Source: an uncultured delta proteobacterium
Lineage (GTDB): Bacteria; Myxococcota; Myxococcia; Myxococcales; Anaeromyxobacteraceae
Assembly (NCBI GenBank): GCA_963828255.1
Contig: CAWHDZ010000011.1
Location: 128,001-192,000, forward strand
Reading direction: 5' to 3'
DNA length: 64,000 bases
Shown: one piece after another, positions 1 through 10,782 of the stretch
Layout of the letters: the number at the start of each line of letters is the position of its first letter
Position numbering within the stretch: position 1 is the first letter of the stretch
Program-made: the position numbers and the translations under genes
The notes under the pieces: model-generated
Database searches by the model: none
What the model saw: the letters and a program-made list of their open reading frames with translations, nothing else
What the model was told of the DNA's origin: nothing

Positions 1-380
1 GCCGAGGCCATGACCGTCATGCGGCTGCGCTCGCGGTCGAGGGCGATGCCGAGGTAGAGCTCGCGGGCGATGCGCACGCCCTCCTCGATGTAGAGCTTGC
101 GGACCTCCTGCCCCTCGGGACCGGTCTGCGGCGTGTGCAGCACCATGCCGAGCAGGGCCTCGGCGTGGAGCCGGGCCTCCTCGGGGGAGCGGGCCAGCTT
201 GATGCCGCCGGCCTTGCCGCGCCCTCCGGCGTGAATCTGGGCCTTCACCGCGCAGATGCCGCCGCCCAGCTGGCGGGCGGCGCCCTCGGCCTGCAGCGGC
301 GTGGTGGCCAGGATCCCGCGTGGGATGGCGACGCCGAACTTCTTGAGGATTTCCTTGGCCTGGTACTCGTGGATCTTCAC
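1..380 (-). CDS. sucC: Succinyl-CoA synthetase beta subunit (partial, runs off window start)
   Basis: Manual translation from GTG at 380: MKIHEYQAKEILKKFGVAIPRG...VKAQIHAGGRGKAGGIKLA, the SucC N-terminal signature. Lies downstream of mdh. Confidence 0.95.
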   Translation of the reverse strand, partial: MKIHEYQAKEILKKFGVAIPRGILATTPLQAEGAARQLGGGICAVKAQIHAGGRGKAGGIKLARSPEEARLHAEALLGMVLHTPQTGPEGQEVRKLYIEEGVRIARELYLGIALDRERSRMTVMAS

Positions 381-465
381 CGGGGCCTCCTGATGGTCAC
401 CCTGCGGGGGCGGCTCTGCCTCCTGCGGGCCTCTCTTCTATACGGAATGCGCTCCTTGGGGTGCG

Positions 466-499
466 AAAAGAGGCGGGCCCGCCCCGAAGAGCAGGCCCG
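466..499 (-). terminator. Probable intrinsic terminator after mdh
   Basis: Minus strand CGGGCCTGCTC-TTCG-GGGCGGGCCCG hairpin followed by CCTCTTTT. Confidence 0.55.
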
Positions 500-525
500 A
501 GCGGGACTCCGGATGGACGGGGCGT

Positions 526-1564
<1,039 letters not shown>

Positions 1565-1649
1565 TTCGACGTGTTCCGCTGCCCGTGCCCAGCTGAGGGC
1601 TGACCGAACGAACCGGACCTGACCTTCCCGGCGGGCGCCGACCTGGCTT

Positions 1650-3224
1650 TCACGGACCGGCGAACGGCTGGGACTGTGCATCGTCGGTGAGGAACGTGGA
1701 CAGCAGGGCTTCGAGGCGCACCGGGATGCCTGGCGTTGCGGTCGCGGCGAGATTGCGTCCACTCGGTCCCGATGGTCGACTGATGCCTTCGTCGACCCGT
1801 TCGAGCAGATACGGGAAGAACGGATTGGACGGAAGGCGCGTCAGGAAATCCTGGTCGACCACCAGCGTTCCACGTTCGCCGCGTGCGCTCATGGCGCCGA
1901 GACTGAAGCCGAACTCGGGCGGCGCCCTCGGGTCGGGCTGAAGGCCGTACAGCGGGTCGTCCATGGGAATCGGGATCGCCAGGTGCGACAGCGAGAAGAC
2001 GCCGGGTGGATACGGCAGGTTCAGTGCGCGGTCCTCCGATCGCAACTGTCCCGGCGCGATGCTGCGCTCGACCGTGGCGTCGCTGTCGTCGCTCGCATTC
2101 ACGATCGACGTGAAGCGATACGGCTGCGGAGACGTCGGCGTCAGCCGATCGAGCGCGACGTAGGCGGAGGGGCGCAGAAGCGGGCCGAATTTCACGGTCC
2201 GGTTCACGTCGAACAGAACGATCTCGCTGCCATTGTCGGGCAGGAGCGAATACAGCGCCGTCAGGATCGCCGGCGTGCTGACGGTGAAATCGACGACCGA
2301 CTGGAAGGTCAGGACCGGCGGCAGGCTTCCGAGTTGGCCGGCACGCGCCAGGCGCTGGATCTGGCTTTGCAGCGCATCGGTCAGCCGATACGACTGGCGG
2401 GCGCCGTTGACCGGGAACGAGTTGTACTTGAACGGGTTGAACTCCGGCAGGACGCTGAGCCAGGCCGCGTTCGCGAACGGCGGCAGCACGGCGGGGAGGC
2501 CGGCCAGACCGGCAAAGCGCGCAAAGCGCGTGATCCCGATCATCGGCGTGATCAATACGACGCGGTCGGCCCGGGGAAGCCTCGGATCTTCGATCGCCTC
2601 GAGCGCATGTCTCATGGCCAGCGCGCCGCCGTTCGAGAACCCGACCAGATGCAATGGCCCCGGGGCGGGCACACGCCGGCGTGCCTCGCGGATCGCAAGC
2701 CGCGTGGCGGCCATCCAATCTTCCCAGCGAACTTCGGTCAGGCCGGCCGGCACGGTGCCGTGCCCCGGCAAGCGGACCCCGATCGCCACGTAGCCGCGAT
2801 CGCGGTAAAGCTTCGCGATGTGCCGCAGGCTGTAGGGTGAGTCCGTCAGCCCGTGCAGCAGCACCGCCGTGCCGATCGGCTCGCCGTCGGGCTCCATGAC
2901 ATACGATCGGTTCCAGTCCTGGGCGAAGCGCGCCGGATAGACCGGGCTTTGCGCGAAGTAGCGGTTGATCGGCACGCGCGCGTCCGGATCGAGCTTCTGG
3001 CTGACCTCGGCGCGAACGCTTTCGAAGATCGCCCCTTCCTGTGCGAGATAGCGGGCCCAGTCGGCACCGTCGAGGTCGACCTGGCGCAACTCGGCCGGCA
3101 CGAAGGTGTGCCAGGGCTGCAACGCGGGGCCGCTCAATGCCCGATACGACCGCAGCCCGAGCATGGCCGCGCCGACCACGGCGACGCCGATCAACACCCA
3201 CTTCAAGAACCTCTTGATCCCCAT
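1650..3224 (-). CDS. Membrane-anchored alpha/beta hydrolase
   Basis: Start chosen at MGIKRFLKW, followed by an N-terminal hydrophobic anchor. Has LLHGLTDSPYS, RLPGHGT and the nucleophile elbow GFSNG. Confidence 0.85.
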   Translation of the reverse strand: MGIKRFLKWVLIGVAVVGAAMLGLRSYRALSGPALQPWHTFVPAELRQVDLDGADWARYLAQEGAIFESVRAEVSQKLDPDARVPINRYFAQSPVYPARFAQDWNRSYVMEPDGEPIGTAVLLHGLTDSPYSLRHIAKLYRDRGYVAIGVRLPGHGTVPAGLTEVRWEDWMAATRLAIREARRRVPAPGPLHLVGFSNGGALAMRHALEAIEDPRLPRADRVVLITPMIGITRFARFAGLAGLPAVLPPFANAAWLSVLPEFNPFKYNSFPVNGARQSYRLTDALQSQIQRLARAGQLGSLPPVLTFQSVVDFTVSTPAILTALYSLLPDNGSEIVLFDVNRTVKFGPLLRPSAYVALDRLTPTSPQPYRFTSIVNASDDSDATVERSIAPGQLRSEDRALNLPYPPGVFSLSHLAIPIPMDDPLYGLQPDPRAPPEFGFSLGAMSARGERGTLVVDQDFLTRLPSNPFFPYLLERVDEGISRPSGPSGRNLAATATPGIPVRLEALLSTFLTDDAQSQPFAGP

Positions 3225-3455
3225 CTGCGTCGTCTCCCTTCGCGCCGAAGCGCGCCTGTCCGTCCTGGCAAGGCGGCCTGAGTGTCCTCCCATGAAGCGG
3301 CGTCCCGCTGCAAATCGTGAGCTTCCCGTCCTCACCCTCGCCCTCGCCCGGCCGTTCCAGCCCGGGCGGCCCCGTCGCCAGACCGTCTCCAGGCCGGAGG
3401 TCGATTCCGGTGGACTTGCGGGGTCTGGCGTCGACGACGCAGGGGAGATGGCCCG

Positions 3456-3650
3456 TCACTCCGAACGATCGGGGTCCGCTGGAATGGCTGCCGGGCCGCC
3501 GGACTTCCGCCGTGCCTCCTCGGCGCGCAGGGCGAACGTCCGAGCCTGCCAGAGCCAGTCGAGCCGCTGCCGGCTGGTGAGACGAAGCCACGCCTGGCGC
3601 TGCTGTCGCTCGTGGCCGCTCCAGCCGGGCTCCGGCATCGAGTCAACCAT
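3456..3650 (-). CDS. Small hypothetical protein (type found beside nucleotidyltransferase genes)
   Basis: MVDSMPEPGWSGHERQQRQAWLRLTSRQRLDWLWQARTFA. Its ATG overlaps the stop of the upstream relic (ATGGTTGA). Confidence 0.5.
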   Translation of the reverse strand: MVDSMPEPGWSGHERQQRQAWLRLTSRQRLDWLWQARTFALRAEEARRKSGGPAAIPADPDRSE

Positions 3651-3717
3651 TCCGGCGCTCCCTCTCGATGGCCTCGAGCATCCGGATGTCTTCCAGGTCC
3701 TTCGGGCGCCCACGGGG
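3643..3717 (-). pseudogene. C-terminal remnant of a nucleotidyltransferase-family gene
   Basis: The frame ends RGRPKDLEDIRMLEAIERERRNG*, resembling the R-x-K-D-x-x-D C-terminal motif of small nucleotidyltransferases. The upstream part of the frame does not look coding. Confidence 0.45.
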
Positions 3718-3996
3718 ACAGCGTAGCAGAGGGCCAGGATTCCGGCGAAAGGGGCGGGAGAGCCATGTCTCTGCCGTGAGCCAGCCCCCTCCCAGCCCGC
3801 GCACCCAGGTCCGACGCCTCCCCTTCCCGGGGCGAGCGGTCCCCTTCAGACTCGAGGGGCGCCTTGGATCTCCTACACGCCACCCACGTGGGCCTACAGG
3901 CGAGATCGAGCAAGCATGCGCATTGTTCCATTCATGACACAATGAATGCCATTCCCGCATCTAACGCCACGTCGGCGCGATCCGTATCGTCGACGA

Positions 3997-4383
3997 ATGA
4001 CCACCATCCATGAGGGACGCGGCAGTGAACCCTCCGGAGACGGCCGCCGCTTCCAGCGCGGCGACGGCTCTGCCCTGGCCAGCTTCCTCTGCCCGATCTG
4101 CTTCTGGGACGTCCTCGCCGAGGAGGAGGTGTGCGACCACCTTCTCCTCGTCCGGGACCGCTTCGGGGAGATCTGCTGCCGCGACCTCCGGGTGAGGAAC
4201 ATGTACCGGGAGGCCGAGATGGGGGCCGGCGCGCGGGGGGAGCGCGCCGTGCAGCTGCTCTGCGAGCGGCTCGGCCCCTCGGTGGTCCTCTACGAGCTGC
4301 TCGGCCCACCGAGCCGGTCGCGGGGGTCGAGCGTGCTCTTCGTCGTGGACGTCTCCGGGGAGCTTCGAGCGGCCGCGGGGTGA
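3997..4383 (+). CDS. Hypothetical protein with CxxC/CDH motifs
   Basis: GC3-rich frame with FLCPICFWD...VCDHLLL...EICC. Confidence 0.6.
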   Translation: MTTIHEGRGSEPSGDGRRFQRGDGSALASFLCPICFWDVLAEEEVCDHLLLVRDRFGEICCRDLRVRNMYREAEMGAGARGERAVQLLCERLGPSVVLYELLGPPSRSRGSSVLFVVDVSGELRAAAG

Positions 4384-4440
4384 CGGGGCGCCGCAAGCTC
4401 CCGAAGACCGCGAGCAGGGCCGGCCTCGTTTCACTGACTG

Positions 4441-5103
4441 TCACCCGGGAAGCTGGCCCGCCAGCGAGACTCCGGCGAGGCGGAAGGCCTCGCGGACGCG
4501 CGGGTCGACGGCGGCGGCCAGCTCGATCTCCCGCTCGGCGGCGAAGCCGGTGCGCACGTGGGTGGGGAGGTGGCCCGGGTGGAGCATGATCTCGGTGCTC
4601 CCTGCGGCGAGCGCCCCCGCCGCTGCGGCGAGGTGCTCCGGGGTCCAGCAGGGGCGCAGGGCGGCATCGCCCAGGAAGGAGTCGCAGGCCAGGGCGCCGG
4701 CCGCCCGGATGCGGTCGCGCATGGCAGGGTCGAGGGCGCGCACGCGCAGCCGGAGCGGCGCGGCCACGCGAAGGACCGCCTCCAGGATCCGAGGCCCGGC
4801 GTGGACGTGGCGGTGGCCGTCCACGTGGGCGGGCGCCGCCCCGCGCATGGCCTCGAAACGGAGGAACTGCCGCCGGATCTCCGTCTCGGCCTCCCGGCCG
4901 TCGAGGCCGGGTGGGAGGTCCAGGTGCAGCCCCACGGCGAGCGAGCGGGGAGCCGCGCGGAGCGCCGCCTCGGCGAACGGTCCGGTGACGAGCGCGCTCG
5001 TGGCGGTGACCACGCCGTCGCGGTGGGCCTCGAGGATCCCCTCGTCGATGGCCGGGTCGTAGCCCAGGTCGTCGGCGACGACGAGCGCGAGCCGCGCGGT
5101 CAC
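4441..5103 (-). CDS. YdjC/ChbG family deacetylase
   Basis: ADDLGY, VGLHLDL, HVDGHRHVH and EIMLHPG motifs. Confidence 0.9.
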   Translation of the reverse strand: MTARLALVVADDLGYDPAIDEGILEAHRDGVVTATSALVTGPFAEAALRAAPRSLAVGLHLDLPPGLDGREAETEIRRQFLRFEAMRGAAPAHVDGHRHVHAGPRILEAVLRVAAPLRLRVRALDPAMRDRIRAAGALACDSFLGDAALRPCWTPEHLAAAAGALAAGSTEIMLHPGHLPTHVRTGFAAEREIELAAAVDPRVREAFRLAGVSLAGQLPG

Positions 5104-6173
5104 CCCGGGAGCTCGACCGAGAACGAGGCGCCCTTCCCCGGCTCGCCCCGGGCCACGATCCGCCCACCGTGGGCCTCGACGATCTCGCGGGCCACGTAGA
5201 GCCCGAGCCCCAGTCCCGGGTAGTGGTGCGGCGGCGCGGCGCGCTCGAAGCGGCCGAAGATGCGATCGAGCTCTCCGGCGTCGATCCCCACGCCGCGGTC
5301 GACCACCTCGATGCGGAGGCCGCGCGCGTGCCCCTCGACCCGGACCTCGACCGGCTTGCCCTCCCCGAACTTCACCGCGTTGCCCAGGAGGTTCGCGAGC
5401 ACCTGCTCGATGCGCACCCGGTCCAGGGAGGCCACCACCGAGCCGTGCGCGACGACGGTCACCGACGATCCGTGGGCCAGATCGAGGTCGGCCTGGTAGG
5501 GCGCCGCGACCTCGCGGGCCAGGGCCGCGACGTCCACCGGCTCTCGGGAGAGCTCCATGCGGCCGAGCCGGATCCGCGACAGGTCGAGCAGCGCCTCGAC
5601 CAGCCCGGCCAGCCTGCGAACCTGCCCGTCGAGCGACGCCACCCGCTCGCGCACCGGGTCCGGCGCGCCGACCCGCTCGACCACCTTCCCGAGCAGCTGG
5701 AGCTGCACGCGGAGCGCGGTGACCGGGGTGCGCAGCTCGTGGGAGGCAACGGAGAGGAACTCGTCACGGGCCCGGACCTCCTCCCTCGCCTGCCGGTAGA
5801 GGAGCGCCTTGGCCTCGACGCGCCGCCGCTCGGTGGCGTCGCGGATCGCCGCCACCGCCCAGGTGGCGCCGCCGGAACGCAGCGGGGACAGGCTGATCTC
5901 GGCGGGGAACTCGCTGCCGTCCTTGCGGAGCGCGGCCAGGTCCGATCCGAGCCCCATGGGGCGCGGCCGCGGGGCCTCCTGGTAGCCGCGCCGGAGCCCG
6001 CGGTGGACGCCCCGGTGTCGGGCCGGGAGGAGGACCTCCACCGCCTGCCCGACGAGTTCCTCCCGCTCCCAGCCGAAGAGGTTCACCGCCATGGCGTTCG
6101 CGAAGACGATGATCCCCTGGTCGTCGGCGACCAGGATCCCGTCGGGCACGAACTCGAGGATGGAGAAGTCCAT
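5100..6173 (-). CDS. PAS-domain sensor histidine kinase
   Basis: PAS domain (RKDGSEFPAEISLSP), H-box SHELRTP, N-box NLLGNAVKF, and G boxes DRGVGI and GLGLGLY. Confidence 0.93.
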   Translation of the reverse strand: MDFSILEFVPDGILVADDQGIIVFANAMAVNLFGWEREELVGQAVEVLLPARHRGVHRGLRRGYQEAPRPRPMGLGSDLAALRKDGSEFPAEISLSPLRSGGATWAVAAIRDATERRRVEAKALLYRQAREEVRARDEFLSVASHELRTPVTALRVQLQLLGKVVERVGAPDPVRERVASLDGQVRRLAGLVEALLDLSRIRLGRMELSREPVDVAALAREVAAPYQADLDLAHGSSVTVVAHGSVVASLDRVRIEQVLANLLGNAVKFGEGKPVEVRVEGHARGLRIEVVDRGVGIDAGELDRIFGRFERAAPPHHYPGLGLGLYVAREIVEAHGGRIVARGEPGKGASFSVELPG

Positions 6174-6193
6174 GGCCGCCTTCCGGACGGCGC

Positions 6194-6856
6194 TCAGACG
6201 GCGGGGCGCCCTTGCGGTGCGTCGAAGTCGTAGATCGATTCGACCCGAACGTTGCGGTAACGCTCGAGCCTCAGCGCCATCCTGGAGAGCTGGGCCAGGA
6301 ACTCGTCGCCGTCGGGCCCCTGCCCCGGAGGGGCGGCCTCGGTGCGCCGCCTGGCCTCCTTGAGGATGGCCCGGCGGACCTCCCGCGGGTGGTAGATGAA
6401 CGACGAGGAGAACTGGAGCGTGCCCTCGTGGGGCAGGAGCCTGGCCTCGAGGATGTCCCCCTTGGCGAGCGCCACCACCGCGCGTCTCTCCATCACCTCG
6501 TGGCGCGCCCCGCCCAGCACCTCCTCGAGCTCCACCGTTCCGGGCCGGATGCGCCGGACGTCGAAGAGCGCCCTGCGGCTGCGCCCGAGCTCGCGCACCT
6601 GGGCGCGCTCGTCGGTGGTGAGCCCCTCGGCGCCGTCCCGCAGGAAGAGGTCGATGGTGCGGTCCGTCCCGTCCGGCCGGTAGTCGTAGAGGTAGTGGTC
6701 GAGCAGCCCGTTCATGCGCAGCTCGTAGCTCTTGTCGTCCTCGTGCGGCTCTCCCACCCTTGCGAACCAGGAGCTGCGCGCCTGGAGGAGCCAGGGCTGG
6801 CGCACCTCGGCGCCCGCCCAGGCGAGGAGACGGTCGTGCAGGTCGCCGAGCGTCAC
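6194..6856 (-). CDS. Hypothetical protein translationally coupled to carA
   Basis: GTG start overlaps the carA stop (GTGA). GC3-rich frame (M)TLGDLHDRLLAWAG...RYRNVRVESIYDF. Confidence 0.75.
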   Translation of the reverse strand: MTLGDLHDRLLAWAGAEVRQPWLLQARSSWFARVGEPHEDDKSYELRMNGLLDHYLYDYRPDGTDRTIDLFLRDGAEGLTTDERAQVRELGRSRRALFDVRRIRPGTVELEEVLGGARHEVMERRAVVALAKGDILEARLLPHEGTLQFSSSFIYHPREVRRAILKEARRRTEAAPPGQGPDGDEFLAQLSRMALRLERYRNVRVESIYDFDAPQGRPAV

Positions 6857-7974
6857 CTGCGCTGCTCCATCATCCCCACGAACCGCCCGAAGAGATGCCG
6901 CGCGTCGTGGGGACCGGGCGACGACTCGGGGTGGTACTGGACGCCGAAGGCCGCCGCGTCGAGCACCTCGATGCCCTCGACGGTGCCGTCGTTCAGGTTG
7001 ACGTGGGAGACCCGGGCCCGCCTTCCCAGCGACCGGTCGTCCACCGCGAACCCGTGGTTCTGTGCGGTGATGTCCACCTTCCCGGTGGCCAGGTCCTTGA
7101 CCGGCTGGTTGGCGCCCCGGTGGCCGAACTTGAGCTTGTAGGTGGAGGCGCCGATCGCCAGCGAGAGGATCTGGTGGCCGAGGCAGATGCCGAAGACCGG
7201 AACCTTGCCGAGGAGCGCCGCGACGGTGTCGCGCGCGCCGACCACCGCGGCCGGGTCGCCCGGACCGTTCGTGAGGAAGACGCCGTCGGGGTGGAGCGCC
7301 AGGGTCGCGGCGGCGGTCGTCCGGCTGGGAACCACCGTGATCCGGCAGCCCGCCTCGGCGAGCAGCCGCAGCATGGCCCGCTTGAGCCCCCAGTCGTAGG
7401 CGACGACGTGGAAGCGCGCGTTCCCGGACGCGTGGCGCCCCTCGTCGCTCCAGGCATCGGCGCCTCCCTCGTCCCAGGAGTAGGCCTCCGGCGTGGAGAT
7501 GCGGCTGGCGAGGTCCTGCCCCTCCATCCCGGGCAGGGAGCGGGCGCGATCGACGAGCGCCGTGCCGCTCCCCTCGGTGGAGATGACCCCCATCTGCGCG
7601 CCGGTGGTGCGGATGTGGCGGGTGAGGCGGCGGGTGTCCACGCCGTGGATTCCCACGAGGCCGTGGCGGACCAGGTAGGCCTCGATCCCCTCCTCGGCGC
7701 GGAAGCTGGAGGGTTCGGGCGCGAAGTTGCGCACGATGAAGCCGGTGGGGTGCGGCCGGGACGACTCCTCGTCGGCGCGGTTGGTCCCGTAGTTCCCCTG
7801 CTCCGGGTAGGTCATGCAGACCATCTGGCCGACGTAGCTGGGGTCGGTGAGGATCTCCTGGTAACCCGTCATGGAGGTGTTGAAGACCACCTCCCCGCAG
7901 GCCTCCCCGGTGGCCCCGAAGGCCAGCCCCTCGAAGACCGTCCCGTCGGCGAGCGCGAGCGTCGCCTTCGTCAT
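6853..7974 (-). CDS. carA: Carbamoyl-phosphate synthase small subunit
   Basis: [11 protein letters not shown]...GEVVFNTSMTGYQEILTDPSY, NGPGDP, GICLGHQ and QYHPE. Confidence 0.97.
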   Translation of the reverse strand: MTKATLALADGTVFEGLAFGATGEACGEVVFNTSMTGYQEILTDPSYVGQMVCMTYPEQGNYGTNRADEESSRPHPTGFIVRNFAPEPSSFRAEEGIEAYLVRHGLVGIHGVDTRRLTRHIRTTGAQMGVISTEGSGTALVDRARSLPGMEGQDLASRISTPEAYSWDEGGADAWSDEGRHASGNARFHVVAYDWGLKRAMLRLLAEAGCRITVVPSRTTAAATLALHPDGVFLTNGPGDPAAVVGARDTVAALLGKVPVFGICLGHQILSLAIGASTYKLKFGHRGANQPVKDLATGKVDITAQNHGFAVDDRSLGRRARVSHVNLNDGTVEGIEVLDAAAFGVQYHPESSPGPHDARHLFGRFVGMMEQRR

Positions 7975-9278
7975 CGAGGGTCTCCCGTCTCGTGCACCAG
8001 CCGGCCTCCCACGAAGGCGTGGGTGCACCGCCCGGTGAGGGTCCGCCCCTTCCACGGGGTGTTGCGGCTCTTGCTGAACCCGCGCATCGGGTCCACGACC
8101 CAGGAGGCCGCGGGGTCGAGGATGGCGACGTCGGCGGGCGCGCCCACCGAGAGCGTCCCGCCCGGGAGGCCGAAGCAGCGCGCCGCACCGATGGTGAGGG
8201 CCTCGACGAGCCGCTTCTCGGTGAGGAGACCCTTGCGCACCAGGTCGAGGCAGACCGGGAAGGCCGTCTCGAGGCCGAGCACGCCGTTCAGCGCAGCGTC
8301 GAACTCGAGCTTCTTCTCCTCCGGCGAGTGCGGGGCGTGATCGGTGGCGATGGCGTCGAGGGTGCCGTCGGCCAGCCCCTCGCGCAGCGCCTTCACGTCC
8401 TCGGCCGAACGGAGCGGAGGGTTCATCTTGAAGTCGGGGTCGTAGTCGCTGGCCGCGACGTCCTCGTCGGTGAGCACGAGGTGGTGCGGGGTGACCTCGG
8501 CGGTGACCGGCAGCCCGCGCCGCTTGGCGTCCCGGATGGCCCGGACGCTCCCCGCGGTGGAGACGTGGCAGATGTGGAGCCGCCCTCCGGTGAGCTCGAG
8601 CAGCGAGAGGTCGCGCAGGACCATGACGTCCTCGGCCTGCGCCGGGGCGCCCTTGAGGCCGAGCCGGGTGGCCGTGGGCCCCTCGTTCATGACCCCCTTG
8701 CCCACAAGGTTCAGATCCTCCTCGTGGACGGCGAGCGGCAGCCCGAAGGCCCGGGAGTACTCGAGGGCCCTCCGCATCATCGAGGACGACATGACCGGAC
8801 TCCCGTCGTCGGAGAGGGCCACGCATCCGGCGGCCTTGAGCTCGCCGTACTCGGCCAGCTCCTCGCCCTTGCGCCCCTTGGTGGCGGCGCCGACCGGATA
8901 GACCCGGGCCAGGGCGGCAGCCGCGGCCCGCGCCAGCATGAGCTCGGTCACGCTGGTGTTGTCGTTGGCGGGGACGGTGTTGGGCATGGCGCACACCGAG
9001 GTGAACCCGCCGGCCACGGCGGCGCGCGCGCCGGTGGCCACGCTCTCCTTGTACTCCTGCCCCGGCTCGCGCAGGTGCACGTGCAGGTCCACGAAGCCGG
9101 GCGTGACCCACCGCCCCTTCGCGTCCACCACCCGGGCGCCGGCCGGGACGTCCACCCGCTCGGCCACCGCGGCGATCTTGCCGTCGCGCAGGAGCAGGCT
9201 GCGGACACCGTCCACGCCGCCGTGGGGGTCGATGACCCGGCCGCCCTGGATGACCACCACTTCCTTCGGATCGCTCAT
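7971..9278 (-). CDS. pyrC: Dihydroorotase
   Basis: [25 protein letters not shown] and ATDHAPH. Confidence 0.96.
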   Translation of the reverse strand: MSDPKEVVVIQGGRVIDPHGGVDGVRSLLLRDGKIAAVAERVDVPAGARVVDAKGRWVTPGFVDLHVHLREPGQEYKESVATGARAAVAGGFTSVCAMPNTVPANDNTSVTELMLARAAAAALARVYPVGAATKGRKGEELAEYGELKAAGCVALSDDGSPVMSSSMMRRALEYSRAFGLPLAVHEEDLNLVGKGVMNEGPTATRLGLKGAPAQAEDVMVLRDLSLLELTGGRLHICHVSTAGSVRAIRDAKRRGLPVTAEVTPHHLVLTDEDVAASDYDPDFKMNPPLRSAEDVKALREGLADGTLDAIATDHAPHSPEEKKLEFDAALNGVLGLETAFPVCLDLVRKGLLTEKRLVEALTIGAARCFGLPGGTLSVGAPADVAILDPAASWVVDPMRGFSKSRNTPWKGRTLTGRCTHAFVGGRLVHETGDPR

Positions 9279-10228
9279 GCCGGGACCTTCTCCGCGCGGT
9301 CCTCTCCGGCGCCGCCGGCGAGGAGGTAGAGGATGGCCATGCGGACGGCCACGCCGTTCTGGACCTGATCGAGGATCACGCTGCGCGGCCCGTCCGCCAC
9401 GTCGGAGGAGAGCTCGACGCCGCGGTTGATGGGGCCGGGGTGCAAGATGACCGCCTCGGGCTTCAGCCACTCGGCGGCCTTCTTCGCGTTGAGCCCCCAG
9501 TACTTGGAGTACTCGCGGGTGTTGGGGATGAGCGGATCGCCGATGCGCTCGTGCTGGATGCGCAGCATGACGACCGCGTCGGCGCCCTCGACGGCGGTGC
9601 GCAGGTCGTGGTGCACGGTGGCCCCGAGCCGCTCGATGCCCAGCGGGATCATGGTGGGGGGGCCGCAGAGGCGCACCTTGGCGCCCAGCTTGGGCAGGGA
9701 GTGGAGGTCGGAGCGGGCCACCCGCGAGTGGCTGATGTCGCCGACGATGGCCACGGTGCGTCCCTCCAGGCTTCCGAAGCGTTCACGGATCGTGAAGCAG
9801 TCGAGGAGCCCCTGGCTGGGATGCTCGTGGGCGCCGTCGCCGGCCGAGACCACCGAGCAGCCCACGTGACGGGCCAGGAAGTTGGGGGCCCCGCTGGCCG
9901 AGTGGCGGACCACCAGCACGTCGGGGCGCATGGCCTCGAGGTTCCTGGCGGTGTCGAGCAGGGTCTCCCCCTTGGTGGTGGAGGACTGGGCCGCGGTCCA
10001 GTTGAGGGAGTCGGCCGAGAGCACCTTGGCGGCGATCTCGAAGGAGCTGCGGGTGCGCGTGGAGGTCTCGAAGAAGAGGTTCACCACGTTCTTCCCGCGC
10101 AGGGACGGGACCTTCTTCACCGGGCGGGAGAGAACCTCCTTCATGGAGACGGCCAGGTCGAGCACCTGGAGGATCTCCTCGCGGGAGAGCCCTTCCAGGC
10201 CGATGAGGTGGCGATGGCGTCCGATCAC
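9275..10228 (-). CDS. pyrB: Aspartate carbamoyltransferase catalytic subunit
   Basis: [23 protein letters not shown] and [11 protein letters not shown] start overlaps the pyrR stop. Confidence 0.96.
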   Translation of the reverse strand: MIGRHRHLIGLEGLSREEILQVLDLAVSMKEVLSRPVKKVPSLRGKNVVNLFFETSTRTRSSFEIAAKVLSADSLNWTAAQSSTTKGETLLDTARNLEAMRPDVLVVRHSASGAPNFLARHVGCSVVSAGDGAHEHPSQGLLDCFTIRERFGSLEGRTVAIVGDISHSRVARSDLHSLPKLGAKVRLCGPPTMIPLGIERLGATVHHDLRTAVEGADAVVMLRIQHERIGDPLIPNTREYSKYWGLNAKKAAEWLKPEAVILHPGPINRGVELSSDVADGPRSVILDQVQNGVAVRMAILYLLAGGAGEDRAEKVPA

Positions 10229-10760
10229 GGCTTCCTCCCCTCGCGGACGACCACCGAATCCTCGGCGTCCCCGTTCTCCCTCCAGCGAACCTGGACGTCG
10301 GCCCCCTCGGGGACCTCGAGCCGGGCGCCGGCGAAGTCGGCGGTGATGGGCAGCTCCCTCCCTCCCGGTCCACCAGCACCGCCAGCCAGACCCGGCGCGG
10401 CCGGCCGAAGTCGACCAGCTCGTCGAGGGCGGCCCGGATGGTCCGTCCGGTGTAGAGCACGTCGTCGGCGAGGACGATGGTGCGCCCCTCCAGCGGGAAG
10501 CGCACGTCGGTGGGACCGACGACCGGGGCCGCGCCCCGCTGCGCCAGGTCGTCCCGGTAGAGGGCGATGTCGAGCGTCCCCAGCGGCGCTTCCGACCCGG
10601 TCGCCCGGGCGATCTCGGCCCGGATCCGCTCGGCCAGCGGGACCCCTCCCCTGCGGATCCCCACGAAGGCCAGCTTCTCCAGGGACCCCTGCGTCCGCGC
10701 CCGCTCCAGCACCTCATGGGCGATCCGCTGGACGGCGCGCTGCACGGCCTCGGCGTTCAT
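10225..10760 (-). CDS. pyrR: PyrR attenuation regulator/uracil PRTase (frameshifted as sequenced near 10366)
   Basis: [15 protein letters not shown] and [18 protein letters not shown]. Adding one G in the run after DR restores [15 protein letters not shown] and a stop overlapping the pyrB start. Confidence 0.92.
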
Positions 10761-10782
10761 GTCCTCGCTCCCCCTCTCCCGG

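Noticed and set aside
3394..3410. Second tRNA T-arm-like fragment (CCGGAGGTCGATTCCGG)
   Set aside because: It lacks the TTCG loop and any flanking tRNA arms, and is too short to distinguish from chance.
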